A DNA stretch of 64,000 nt, taken from a virus. Position 1 is the first letter of the stretch. Every line of letters begins with the position of its first letter. The position numbers and the translations under genes are program-made. Positions 10,370 through 20,600 of the stretch are shown one piece after another. The stretch covers positions 32,001-96,000 of the IMG/VR virus record IMGVR_UViG_3300032086_003797. The stretch is one strand, 5' to 3'. The notes beneath the pieces are model-generated. The model searched no databases and was not told where the DNA came from. It saw only the letters and a program-made list of their open reading frames with translations.

Positions 10370-12233
10370 GCCAGAACTATCAAACAAGATCCTATCTGAT
10401 ATAACAGTTTATATGAAATATGCCAGGTTTTTACCTGAAGAGCAGCGCAGGGAAACGTGGTCAGAATTAGTAACTCGTAATATGAACATGCACATCAAAA
10501 AATACCCCAAGCTGGAAACGGAAATCCGTGAGAAATATCAGCTTGTTTATGATAAGAAGGTACTCCCTTCGATGCGCTCCATGCAGTTCGGCGGAAGACC
10601 GATTGAAATCGCCCCCAATAGAATTTTTAATTGCGCCTATCAACCTATCAACGATTGGCGTGCATTTGGTGAAACCATGTTTCTTCTTTTGGGCGGAACT
10701 GGCGTCGGCTTCTCCGTCCAGAATCATCACATCGAAGAACTACCAGAAATTCGTAAACCTAATCAGAAAAGAACTCGGAGGTACTTAATCAATGATAGTA
10801 TTGAAGGATGGGCTGATGCCGTTAAATATCTTATGCGTAGCTACTTCTATGGCGGCTCGAAGCTACGATTTGATTTTAGTGATATTCGCCCTAAAGGTGC
10901 TCGCCTTGTAACCTCTGGTGGCAAAGCCCCAGGACCTCAGCCCTTGCGTGAGTGCCTGGTGAAGATCGAGGGCTTACTAAGCGAAAAAAGCGATGGTGAC
11001 AAGCTAAGCTCAATTGAGGTGCATGATATTATTTGCCATGTGGCTGATGCTGTCTTGGCTGGCGGCATCCGAAGAGCCGCTTTGATTTCCCTGTTTTCAG
11101 CCGACGATGATGAAATGATTGCAGCCAAGTCGGGCAACTGGTGGGAAACCAGCCCGCAGAGAGGCAGAGCAAACAACTCAGTCGTCTTGTTACGACACAA
11201 GGTTGATGAAGAGTATTTCATGAATCTTTGGGAGAGAATTAAGGCATCGGGAGCAGGCGAGCCAGGCTTTTATCTGTCGAATGATAAGGACTGGGGTACG
11301 AACCCATGCTGTGAAATTGCCCTTCGCCCACACCAATTCTGTAACCTGACTGAGGTCAATGCTAGCAACATTACTAGTCAAGAGGATTTGAATGAAAGAG
11401 TTGAAGCGGCTTCCTTCATCGGTACCCTACAAGCGGGCTACACAGACTTCCATTATCTGCGCCCAGTTTGGCAGCGAACAACTGAAAGAGACGCACTTGT
11501 TGGAGTTTCTCTAACTGGTATCGCATCTGGTCGTGTGCTGGCAGATGGAATTTCCTTGAAAGAAGCATCCCAGAACGTAAAGAAGGAAAATGTTAGAGTG
11601 TCTGAGCTTATTGGGATTCGCCCAGCATCTCGGACTACCTGTGTTAAGCCAGCGGGCACAACGTCCCTTACCCTTGGGACGTCAAGCGGTATTCACGCCT
11701 GGCACAATGATTATTATATTCGACGTCTGCGTGTAGGTAAGAACGAGGCAATTTACACACACCTATCGATTCATCATCCCGAACTTGTAGAAGATGATTA
11801 CTTTAGACCTCATGATACAGCCGTGATCGGGATTCCCCAGAAAGCCCCTGACGGCTCGATCCTAAGAACAGAGTCGGCTTTAGACTTGCTGAAAAGGGTT
11901 AAGAAGGTCACGAAGGAGTGGATTCGCCCAGGTCATCGAACGGGGCAAAACACCCACAACGTCTCAGCCACTATCTCGATCAAGGATGATGAGTGGGAAG
12001 AGGTTGGAAAGTGGATGTGGAAGAACAATGTTAGCTACAATGGACTTAGCGTGCTTCCTGACGATGGTGGCACTTATGTTCAGGCACCGTTTGAGAATTG
12101 CACCAAGGAGCAATACGAAGAGATGGTCAAGTCCCTGTCCTCTTTGGATCTTAGCACCATTGTGGAATTTGATGATAACACTGACCTCAAGGGTGAAGCT
12201 GCTTGTGCTGGCGGAGCTTGTGAAATAACTTAA
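10362..12233 (+). CDS. nrdJ: Class II (B12-dependent) ribonucleotide reductase
   Basis: FNCAY, GTNPCCEI, KPAGTTS, C-terminal ACAGGACEI; no beta-subunit gene nearby. Confidence 0.88.
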   Translation: MSEPELSNKILSDITVYMKYARFLPEEQRRETWSELVTRNMNMHIKKYPKLETEIREKYQLVYDKKVLPSMRSMQFGGRPIEIAPNRIFNCAYQPINDWRAFGETMFLLLGGTGVGFSVQNHHIEELPEIRKPNQKRTRRYLINDSIEGWADAVKYLMRSYFYGGSKLRFDFSDIRPKGARLVTSGGKAPGPQPLRECLVKIEGLLSEKSDGDKLSSIEVHDIICHVADAVLAGGIRRAALISLFSADDDEMIAAKSGNWWETSPQRGRANNSVVLLRHKVDEEYFMNLWERIKASGAGEPGFYLSNDKDWGTNPCCEIALRPHQFCNLTEVNASNITSQEDLNERVEAASFIGTLQAGYTDFHYLRPVWQRTTERDALVGVSLTGIASGRVLADGISLKEASQNVKKENVRVSELIGIRPASRTTCVKPAGTTSLTLGTSSGIHAWHNDYYIRRLRVGKNEAIYTHLSIHHPELVEDDYFRPHDTAVIGIPQKAPDGSILRTESALDLLKRVKKVTKEWIRPGHRTGQNTHNVSATISIKDDEWEEVGKWMWKNNVSYNGLSVLPDDGGTYVQAPFENCTKEQYEEMVKSLSSLDLSTIVEFDDNTDLKGEAACAGGACEIT

Positions 12234-12282
12234 CGATCTAATCAGAGTAAAGTAATATATAAAATATAGAAAGGAGCCCATC

Positions 12283-12513
12283 ATGGCTACCCTAAATTTT
12301 ATTATGCCTAAAAGCCTGAAAGACGGCTTTTGCGCACGTCAACCTAAACAGAATAAGGTCAAGCATAGCTGGTTACCCTCAGGACAGACCCGTGCCCTCC
12401 CAGGAGGTAGTGTTGCCATAGAGTGCTACTGTAGGCATTGCAACGAGCGTGAGTGGAGCACAGTAACAAAAGTAGAGTTCGTAAAACTTACAAAACAATG
12501 GAGCGAGTTATAA
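12283..12513 (+). CDS. Small putative zinc-binding protein
   Basis: AAGGAG RBS; CYCRHC motif. Confidence 0.6.
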   Translation: MATLNFIMPKSLKDGFCARQPKQNKVKHSWLPSGQTRALPGGSVAIECYCRHCNEREWSTVTKVEFVKLTKQWSEL

Positions 12514-12770
12514 TGAAGCCAGTAAACAGAAGACTAATGGTCGAGCCCTATGAAGAGGAGCAGGACAAAAGCTCTTTCATCATTCCAGAGGAGTACCAAG
12601 AAAAGTCACACATAGCTTATAAGATTACAGCCACTTCTAATGATTGCAGCTTGGGTTTAGACGTAGGCGATATAGTGGTTGCACACAGCACAGACCCAGA
12701 GATTATCCACTATGAGGGTAGGCAGTATCATCTGTTGTTAGAAAATCGTGTGGTTTGTGTGGCTAGCTAG
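12513..12770 (+). CDS. groES: GroES-like co-chaperonin
   Basis: MKPVNRRLMVEP, FIIP, VGDIVV, YEGRQYHLLLENRV; start placed at ATG 12513. Confidence 0.75.
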   Translation: MKPVNRRLMVEPYEEEQDKSSFIIPEEYQEKSHIAYKITATSNDCSLGLDVGDIVVAHSTDPEIIHYEGRQYHLLLENRVVCVAS

Positions 12771-14020
12771 CCGCCTATACACAGGTCCTCAAATATTTGC
12801 CTGATTTGCAAAAACACTGTTTCTGAATTGGCGGTTGGGGTGAATAGCCTTCTTTGTTCTGCATGTACGCACATGAGGAATGTATTGTGGTGTTCTTGAA
12901 GGGCGAAGACAAAAAGTTCATATCCTCCTGTGATAGCAAAGTTGCTTAACTCATTGCAGGACATCCCGATTTCTGTCTGAGCTTGTTCGTCGGTCATGGT
13001 AATGATAACCTTTTGTGCTCCTGACCTCCAAGAGAAAGGGTACTGATTCATGGTCCAATACATAGCATCTATCGTAGGCTCAAGCCCTGCGCTGGGGGCG
13101 TGCCGAGCATCCTCTAGAATTTGTAAAAACTCATCAGCCCCTACAAAGTTGCTAATAAATTGAGCGTGTCTATGGTGAACTACAATATCCTCATCTCCAC
13201 GGGTGCCCACGATAACTAGTCCAAATCGGAATGTACTAGTGATGGGATCACTCAGCAGTGGCTCAATGCCTCTTATCATTGACTCTATTTCATCATCAAA
13301 CGAACCAGAAATATCGAGAACAAAAACTAAATCTACACCCCGAGAATCAAAACCCTCATCAACTTCCCCATCACAATCATTGTCTAGATTATCGCACACT
13401 TCTTCTTGGGGGATAATTTGCCTATCACAGGGTCCATCAAAGCCACCGTTAGTGCAGTATCGGACACCAGCACGACACTCCCCAACACCCATTGTTCCAG
13501 CGGGTCCTTCATAGCAAACGATAGCAGTAGAATTTGCTATTCCCTCATCTATTGACCCATCGCAGTTGTTGTCTAGTCCATCGCATATCTCATCAGACGG
13601 ACCAATGTGTCCGCTACAGTACACAGCGCCGTTATCGCAGGTCATAACTCCTGGGGTGCAGACCCCAACCCCATAAGAAGTACCCTCTACAAATCCACAC
13701 AACTGATGCTTTTCTGGGTATGATTCGTCTATCTCGCCATCGCAGTCATTATCAATTCCATCGCATATTTCTTCGGAGGGACCTTTGGCACCCGTACACT
13801 CTGACCAGCCTTGAAAGTCGCAGGTTCTTAGTCCATAAGAGCACTGCCCTGGTCTTGCGGGTGGTGGATCTGTGACACCGTTAGGAAAATCTAATCCCTC
13901 GTGGTTGCACAATATTTGCTCACCTGGACGGCACTCAAGCGGCACAAGCTCCTCATCATCAGTACACGACTGACAAAAGACTAGTAAAACAATTATTAAT
14001 AGCTTGGTTATCTTGTCCAT
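12767..14020 (-). CDS. Lipoprotein with MopE-related Cys/Asp repeats and a C-terminal VWA domain
   Basis: Signal peptide ending ..FCQSC; three ExCDxxDNxCDGxxDE repeats; VWA MIDAS DISGS, then MTDE. Confidence 0.8.
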   Translation of the reverse strand: MDKITKLLIIVLLVFCQSCTDDEELVPLECRPGEQILCNHEGLDFPNGVTDPPPARPGQCSYGLRTCDFQGWSECTGAKGPSEEICDGIDNDCDGEIDESYPEKHQLCGFVEGTSYGVGVCTPGVMTCDNGAVYCSGHIGPSDEICDGLDNNCDGSIDEGIANSTAIVCYEGPAGTMGVGECRAGVRYCTNGGFDGPCDRQIIPQEEVCDNLDNDCDGEVDEGFDSRGVDLVFVLDISGSFDDEIESMIRGIEPLLSDPITSTFRFGLVIVGTRGDEDIVVHHRHAQFISNFVGADEFLQILEDARHAPSAGLEPTIDAMYWTMNQYPFSWRSGAQKVIITMTDEQAQTEIGMSCNELSNFAITGGYELFVFALQEHHNTFLMCVHAEQRRLFTPTANSETVFLQIRQIFEDLCIGG

Positions 14021-14475
14021 TCGGCTACGCTCTCTAAGCAAGCCTTCTGATCATGAAAAAGTTTCATCTTAAACATCTCGCTACCAAGCCAGCTAAAAGA
14101 TAATTGTTTTGCTGGTAGGTCATCGGGAATGTCTGCACTTAATATAATGGGAGGGTTCGCCTCCCTGCCTGGCATTGCGAATGCTAAAAGTAATTGATTT
14201 CCTTTTGAGGTCTGAATCACGCCTCTGATCACGCCAACTCTATTAGCTGCGGGTATGCCTATGGCAATACGAGTCATAGAGTTAGGATTATTATCTAAGG
14301 TGTCTAACGTTTGGATAACCCACAAGCAATTACGTTTTTGACCTTGTAGGTAGTAGGTTGTTTGCTTGGGTATTATGATTTGCGGCGAAGGCTCGGCAAA
14401 AGCAAAAAAAGATATTATAGCAACAAGAGAGACTAATGAAAGTACAGAAGCTAAGACTATAGTTCTTTTGCGCAT
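14008..14475 (-). CDS. Secreted or membrane-anchored hypothetical protein
   Basis: Basic-then-hydrophobic N-terminal signal. Confidence 0.6.
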   Translation of the reverse strand: MRKRTIVLASVLSLVSLVAIISFFAFAEPSPQIIIPKQTTYYLQGQKRNCLWVIQTLDTLDNNPNSMTRIAIGIPAANRVGVIRGVIQTSKGNQLLLAFAMPGREANPPIILSADIPDDLPAKQLSFSWLGSEMFKMKLFHDQKACLESVAEWTR

Positions 14476-14484
14476 CCTTGCATA

Positions 14485-14781
14485 TTACTTTGCTTCCCCA
14501 GCATAGGTCACGAAAGGAAGCTTAGTTATCTCCTTGTATAGGGGCTTTTGAGTTTCCATGTCCATGAACTTTACGCCCTTTACAAGAGTAACTAGGACTT
14601 GCTTGGTAATATTTACGTCGTCTTTGGTATATTTCCATCGACCCTCAGTAGCTTCTTTCCAAGCCTGCTGTATAACAATTGAGGCTTGCTTCTGGCTCTC
14701 ATTATTGACCTCGCCCCCAAAAGAAGCTGAAGGAGATAGTAGTAAAAACGATATTGTTGCGATGATTGTTAGAATTTTCAT
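14485..14781 (-). CDS. Secreted hypothetical protein
   Basis: Signal peptide MKILTIIATISFLLLSPSASFG. Confidence 0.6.
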   Translation of the reverse strand: MKILTIIATISFLLLSPSASFGGEVNNESQKQASIVIQQAWKEATEGRWKYTKDDVNITKQVLVTLVKGVKFMDMETQKPLYKEITKLPFVTYAGEAK

Positions 14782-14851
14782 AACTTATTAGAATCCCACC
14801 TTTGACAATGAAGTGTCATAAACATTCGTAACTAGTCAACAAAACACCAAA

Positions 14852-15748
14852 ATGCCTCATATTTACTACATGAGAGTAAAATTACCGATCCTAAGATTAG
14901 CCACTCTGCTGGTGTTATTACAAATGGGCTGCATGGGTGGATGTTATTCCACCAAGCAAGTGGTCAAGAAAGATGACAAGCCACACGAAAGGATGCCCTT
15001 CGCATCTTTTGTACGAATTGAGGCAACTCATGCTATCCAGGCATGTCAAACTATAACTGACAAAGATGGCAAAGAGGGCGAGCGATGCACAGTAGGTGCC
15101 GTTAGGTATACTTCGTCAGGAGCCATCATCGGTCATAGCGAAGTAGACCCTACAATCGCATACGCTTTGACTGCGGGACATTCTTGCCAAAAGAAGATAA
15201 AGAATAAGAAAATGGCAGGGTTCTCCTTGAACACGGTGGCTAGCACTTATGTCACTTTGTCCTATCGAGGCGTGTTGAAGGCAGCAGAGATAGTTGCATA
15301 TGAGATGACTTCGGATGTGTGCATACTCAGAGTGACTGGCTACAAGGCTAAGAAGCGCCCCAAAGTAATTCCAATTTCTAAAAAGATGCCAAAGATGGGC
15401 GAGAAGGTATACAACCCCGCCGCACCCAGAGGTATTTTTGGTCCAGGGATGTTGCTTATGTTTGACGGTTATTATGCAGGTGTTGGATATAAAAACTATA
15501 TGTTCTTCACGTTACCAACAAAGCCAGGCTCAAGCGGCTCGCCTATTTTGAATGAGAAGGGAGAGCTAGTATCGATGATATTTGCAGGATTCCCAGCCAT
15601 GGAAAACATCGGGCTAGGCTCAAATCTAAACGCAGTTCGTACATTTGTAGCCGAGACAATTGTGATATCAGAGATGGACCTGTGGGCGAAAAAGAATATG
15701 AACTTAGATTCTACTGAATCGAATACCATAGAGCCACCGAAACCGTGA
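14852..15748 (+). CDS. Trypsin-like (S1) serine protease, exported, no PDZ domain
   Basis: Catalytic triad motifs LTAGHSC, SDVCIL, PGSSGSP; N-terminal signal/lipobox; real start may be the MRVKL methionine. Confidence 0.87.
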   Translation: MPHIYYMRVKLPILRLATLLVLLQMGCMGGCYSTKQVVKKDDKPHERMPFASFVRIEATHAIQACQTITDKDGKEGERCTVGAVRYTSSGAIIGHSEVDPTIAYALTAGHSCQKKIKNKKMAGFSLNTVASTYVTLSYRGVLKAAEIVAYEMTSDVCILRVTGYKAKKRPKVIPISKKMPKMGEKVYNPAAPRGIFGPGMLLMFDGYYAGVGYKNYMFFTLPTKPGSSGSPILNEKGELVSMIFAGFPAMENIGLGSNLNAVRTFVAETIVISEMDLWAKKNMNLDSTESNTIEPPKP

Positions 15749-16221
15749 TGCCTCCAGCAAATCAGCGGGAGCGTGAAGCATATCAGAGAATTAAAGAGAA
15801 CGCATATAACGCCATGCACGAGCCGCAGGTCTACGACGTAACACCAGAGGCTATGCCTAAGACGAATTATCTGTCTGGCTTGGTGTGGACTTCTATGGTG
15901 GCAACATTAGTTTGTGCTATTTTCATGGGCTTTTTATTATATCTTTATAATCAGATAGATTTAGAGGGAAGCCTACAGAAAGCTACCAATCATGCAGTGG
16001 TCAACCTTGAGCGGGTTATCTCTAAGCAGAGCGAAGAAATAAACAATCTAAAAGAAGAAAACAAAAAGATTCATAATCATATAAAGTTTTGGACGCCCAT
16101 AGATTGCAAGCCTAAAGAAAAATGGGTGATACCAGGCATCGGCTTGCCAGAGATACCAATCCAGCGCCAAAGCAGAAATAAAATACAAAGGTATGGTGAC
16201 TTCCAATGCTTCTCTTATTAG
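15745..16221 (+). CDS. Single-pass membrane protein with coiled coil
   Basis: About 45-aa N-terminal segment, TM LVWTSMVATLVCAIFMGFLLYLY, then heptad region. Confidence 0.7.
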   Translation: MMPPANQREREAYQRIKENAYNAMHEPQVYDVTPEAMPKTNYLSGLVWTSMVATLVCAIFMGFLLYLYNQIDLEGSLQKATNHAVVNLERVISKQSEEINNLKEENKKIHNHIKFWTPIDCKPKEKWVIPGIGLPEIPIQRQSRNKIQRYGDFQCFSY

Positions 16222-17006
16222 TAATAATATTATCATTAGTTTTTATTCATGAGCTTGGGCATTATGTCGTCGGTCGTTTGTGCGGCGTCGGCATCCAAGA
16301 ATTCTCAGTGGGCTTTGGACCGAAAATTTTTTCATTCAACGCATTTGGCAACAAGTGGTCTCTCGGTCTACTGCCTCTCGGCGGCTATGTAAAGTTCGAG
16401 GGTGAAGAAGATTATAATAATACAACACGAAATCCTAAGTCTTTTTGGGCAGCACATCCACTAAGGAGAATGATAATAGCCCTAGCAGGACCAGCTACAA
16501 ACCTAGCTCTACCTTATGCTATATTTTTCTTTTACTTGTGGGGTATGCCTTGGTCAGATGTTAAAGCACCCGATGGTTCAAATGTTGGCACGGTTAGTGC
16601 CCCATGGGCTTGGAAGGGAAGTGTTGACACAACACATAAAATGTATTATAATATATACAAATCAATAGACATCATAAAAGACAGGGGAGTATCAGTAAAG
16701 GACGTCGGCGGACCCGTAGCTATCTACGAGATCACAGAACAGGCACAGGCAAGATCAACCCAAACTAAAGACAACGGCTTTATTTATCAGTGGATAGCTT
16801 TCTTGAGTATCAACTTGGGAATAATTAATTTACTACCAATCCCTTTACTAGATGGCGGACATGTGGTATTCTCTATAGCAGAGACAATAATGGGACGTAA
16901 AGTTAAGTACAGGACTCGTGCTTGGCTATCCTATGTTGGTTTGGCATTTGTGGTAGGAATAATGGCGTTAGCAATCACTTCAGATATAGGAAGGTTGATA
17001 GGATAA
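16206..17006 (+). CDS. rseP: Site-2 intramembrane metalloprotease (M50, RseP-like)
   Basis: HELGH, FSVGFGP, PLGGYVK, LAGPATN, NLLPIPLLDGGH. Confidence 0.92.
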   Translation: MLLLLVIILSLVFIHELGHYVVGRLCGVGIQEFSVGFGPKIFSFNAFGNKWSLGLLPLGGYVKFEGEEDYNNTTRNPKSFWAAHPLRRMIIALAGPATNLALPYAIFFFYLWGMPWSDVKAPDGSNVGTVSAPWAWKGSVDTTHKMYYNIYKSIDIIKDRGVSVKDVGGPVAIYEITEQAQARSTQTKDNGFIYQWIAFLSINLGIINLLPIPLLDGGHVVFSIAETIMGRKVKYRTRAWLSYVGLAFVVGIMALAITSDIGRLIG

Positions 17007-17007
17007 C

Positions 17008-17244
17008 ATGGACATCGGAGATGTTGTTTGGCAGGACCATAACGGTTTATTGAGACTCGGCATAATTAAAAGTATTGCAGAGGGCGATGACTCATGGTCT
17101 AGCCTTAGGATAGATTGGGTGGAAGACGATATGTATGAGTATTGGAATCAGCCCGAACACAGGAAAGAAATTTACCGAGGAGATGAGGTCAGAACAGTTT
17201 GCAAGAACAGATTAAACAAAATCGTTACCGCTGCTTTGATCTAG
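17008..17244 (+). CDS. Small KOW/SH3-like protein
   Basis: MDIGDVVW..LGII pattern. Confidence 0.55.
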   Translation: MDIGDVVWQDHNGLLRLGIIKSIAEGDDSWSSLRIDWVEDDMYEYWNQPEHRKEIYRGDEVRTVCKNRLNKIVTAALI

Positions 17245-17248
17245 ACCC

Positions 17249-17626
17249 ATGGAGGAAATAAAAATGTCAGATGAAGAAAATAAAGTATCAGACGAAGAAT
17301 TGCCAGATGACTTAATTCCTAAGCCACCTTCAAAATTGGCACCTAGAGGGATTACTAGTTTCACGGTATATCGCCAGGCAGATGAAACAGGAGTCTCAGG
17401 CGAAGGCGTTGTGATCGAAGGTGTGAAGATGGCAACGGGTCAGTGTGTGGTGCATTGGCTCTACCCACCACCTCGTGGTGGTATCGCTATCTTTGATAGT
17501 ATGAGTGACTTTGTAAAGGTACACATCGAGCCACACCCAGCCAATCAGACGATCATCACATATCAGGATGGCACCAAAGAAGTCTTCGGTAAAAAAGAAG
17601 AGCTTGACAAATCCGAAGAAGAATAG
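17249..17626 (+). CDS. Hypothetical phage protein
   Basis: DETGVSGEGVVIEGV segment; GGAGG RBS. Confidence 0.7.
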   Translation: MEEIKMSDEENKVSDEELPDDLIPKPPSKLAPRGITSFTVYRQADETGVSGEGVVIEGVKMATGQCVVHWLYPPPRGGIAIFDSMSDFVKVHIEPHPANQTIITYQDGTKEVFGKKEELDKSEEE

Positions 17627-17652
17627 TATAATATAAAAAAGCAAAGTAAAGG

Positions 17653-20600
17653 TTGCACATGACAAAACGAATCGAGAGCAAGATTCCTTTTGTGGGACTC
17701 CACGCCCACTCAGGACTTTCCCCGTTTGATGGCTTAGGTATGCCAGGCGAACATATGGACTTCGCCTTTGAGAATGGGATGAATGCCCACTCGCTTACCG
17801 ACCACGGACACATGAATGGCTTATCCTTCCAGGTTGAGCACCTAAAGAAGATGAGGGCAGATGGAAAAGACTTCAAAGCAATCTATGGTTGTGAAGCTTA
17901 CTTTATCAAGTCACACAAGAAGTGGCGTCAACAGTACGAAGAACACAAAGCCAGTAGCAAGCGGCAAAAGAAAGAAGAGTTTGCTATGGTTGTTGAGGAT
18001 GAGAACCGCCAGAAGAAGTTCAACCCTCTAAACATCCGCAGGCATTTGGTTCTATTGGTTCAGAATCAGGTTGGATTGAGCAACCTCTTCAAGCTTGTAT
18101 CGGACAGTTACCGTCCCGAGAATTTTTATCGCTACCCCCGTATCGACTTTGAGATGTTGGACAAATACAACGAGGGCTTGCTTGTTAGCAGTGCTTGTAT
18201 GTCAGGTCCGCTCTTTGGGGACTTTTGGAAGCACCGTGATCCAGTCACTCACGAGTACGACGCAGACATGGTTTTAGCATCGATGCGGCAGACGATCGGG
18301 GAGTTCCAGGATATCTTTGGCGACAGGTTCTACGGGGAGATCCAGTGGAACGACATTCCAGAGCAGCACATTGTCAATGACCTAATCATCCAAGCCTGTA
18401 CCGAGATGGGCGCAGAGGTTATCAGTACATCCGACAGCCATTACCCACGACCAGAATTGTGGAAGGACCGTGAGATGTACCGCCGTATTGGGTGGGCGGG
18501 CAAAGCTCCTTATGAAGATCAGGACGCTCATAGGCTGCCAGAGTCGGTAGAAGAGATCGGCTATGAGTTATATCCTCGCAACGGGGATCAGATGTGGGAT
18601 GCCTACAAGAAGTACGCAGGTCGATCTAAGGTAGAGTATGATGATGACTTTGTGTTGGCTAGCATTGAGCGCACACATCAGATCGCCTTTGATCGTATCG
18701 AGGACTTCCTACCAGACAGCGAAGTTCGCCTACCAGATTTTGTTGTGCCAGAGGGTAGCACGGCAATGCAGACCCTAACAAAGCAGGCACTCAAGGGGCT
18801 AAAAGATAAAGACCTTAAAGACCAAGAGTATATCGATCGCCTCAAGTATGAGTTGTCGGTTATTAAAGATCGAGGCTTCGCTCAATACTTCTTGACGATG
18901 AAGGCTATTAGCGACAGGGCGCAAGAGGAGATGCTTGTGGGTCTCGGTCGAGGCTCGGCAGCAGGATCATTATTATCCTACGTCCTAGACATTACGCAGG
19001 TCGACCCAATCAAGTATGCTCTCCAGTTTGAGAGGTTCCTAACCAAGGGCGGCAAAGGCTACCCCGACATCGACTTTGATGTTGAGGAGCCAATGCAACT
19101 CAAGGAGCAACTCGCAGAGGAGTGGGGGAAGATCGGCGTCAATGTTGTCCCCATCAGCAACTTCAACACGCTCCAGTTGCGCTCACTCATCAAAGACATT
19201 GGGAAGTTCTATGGCGTCCCGTTTGCAGAGGTGAACAAAGTCACAGGCGTCATGATGAGCGAAGCTACCCCTAAAGCCAAAGCAGCCCACGGTCAGACTG
19301 CGGGCGTTTACGTCCCGACATTTGAGGAAGTGAAGAAGTACAGCGAAACACTCCAGGCGTTCTTCGACAAGTACCCCGAGATCGCAACGCATGTTGACAA
19401 TCTTTTTGGCAATGTTCGTAGTGTGAGTAGGCACGCTGGTGGCATCGTTGTGGCAGAGAACTTGGATAAGCACATGCCATTGATCAACTCAGGTGGTGTG
19501 ATGCAAACCCCGTGGAGCGAGGGGCAGAACGTCAGGCACCTTGAGCCGCTCGGTTTTATTAAGTTTGACCTTCTCGGACTCTCAACTCTCCGTATGATTT
19601 CGGGAGCAATTCGACATGTGCTCAAGCGCCATCACGGCATTGAAGAGCCGACCTTTGAACAGGTCCGTGCCTTTTATGATGAGAAATTACACCCCGATGT
19701 AATCGACTTCGATGACCAAGAAGTCTGGAAAAATATTTTCCATAAAGGTAAGTGGGCGGGCGTTTTCCAGATGACCAGCGGACCAGCCCAGGCTTTCTGC
19801 CAAGAGGCAAAACCAGAGTCGCTTATGGACTTTGCAGCCATCACGGCAATCTTTAGACCAGGACCTTTGTCGGCAAAAGCGGATAAGATGTATATTGCCA
19901 ATAAGAGCAATCCAGATCAGGTAGAGTATAAGCACCCGCTTATCGAGGAGGTGCTAGGGGATACATACGGGTTACTGGTGTTCCAAGAGCAGTTGGCTAT
20001 GCTGGCTCACAAGCTGGGAGATAACATCTCGCTAGACGAAGGGAATCTCCTCCGCAAGGTTCTTACCAAGCGTGGCACAGGCAAAGACAGCGTAAGAGAT
20101 AAGATCTACGCTAAGTTTGTCAAAGGCTGCAATGACAAGGGGCTATCGGAGCAGGTTGCTAAAGACCTTTGGGCAAAGATGGTATTCTTCTCAGGCTACG
20201 GCTTCAACTTGTCACATGCAGTATCTTACGGAGCGGTGTCGTTTCAGTGCGCTTGGTTGGCACACTATTATCCGACCGAATGGATCGCAGCGTTCTTGGA
20301 CAAGGAGCCAGAGAAGCGCAAGATGGCAGCAATCAACACAGCCAAGAAGTTTGGCTTCAACATCGTACCAGCCAGCATCAACAAGTCAGGAATGGTTTGG
20401 GAGATCTCCGAGGATGGGCAAAACCTCATCCAGCCGTTGACTGCGATCAAGGGGTTGGGATCAACAGCTATCCAGCAAATCTTGGACCACCGACCTTTCA
20501 ATACGATTGAGGAGTTTATTTTCAATGAAAACATTACTTACTCCAAACTAAACAAGAAGGCACTGGACGTCCTGGTCCGAAGCCAGGCATTGAATGAGTT

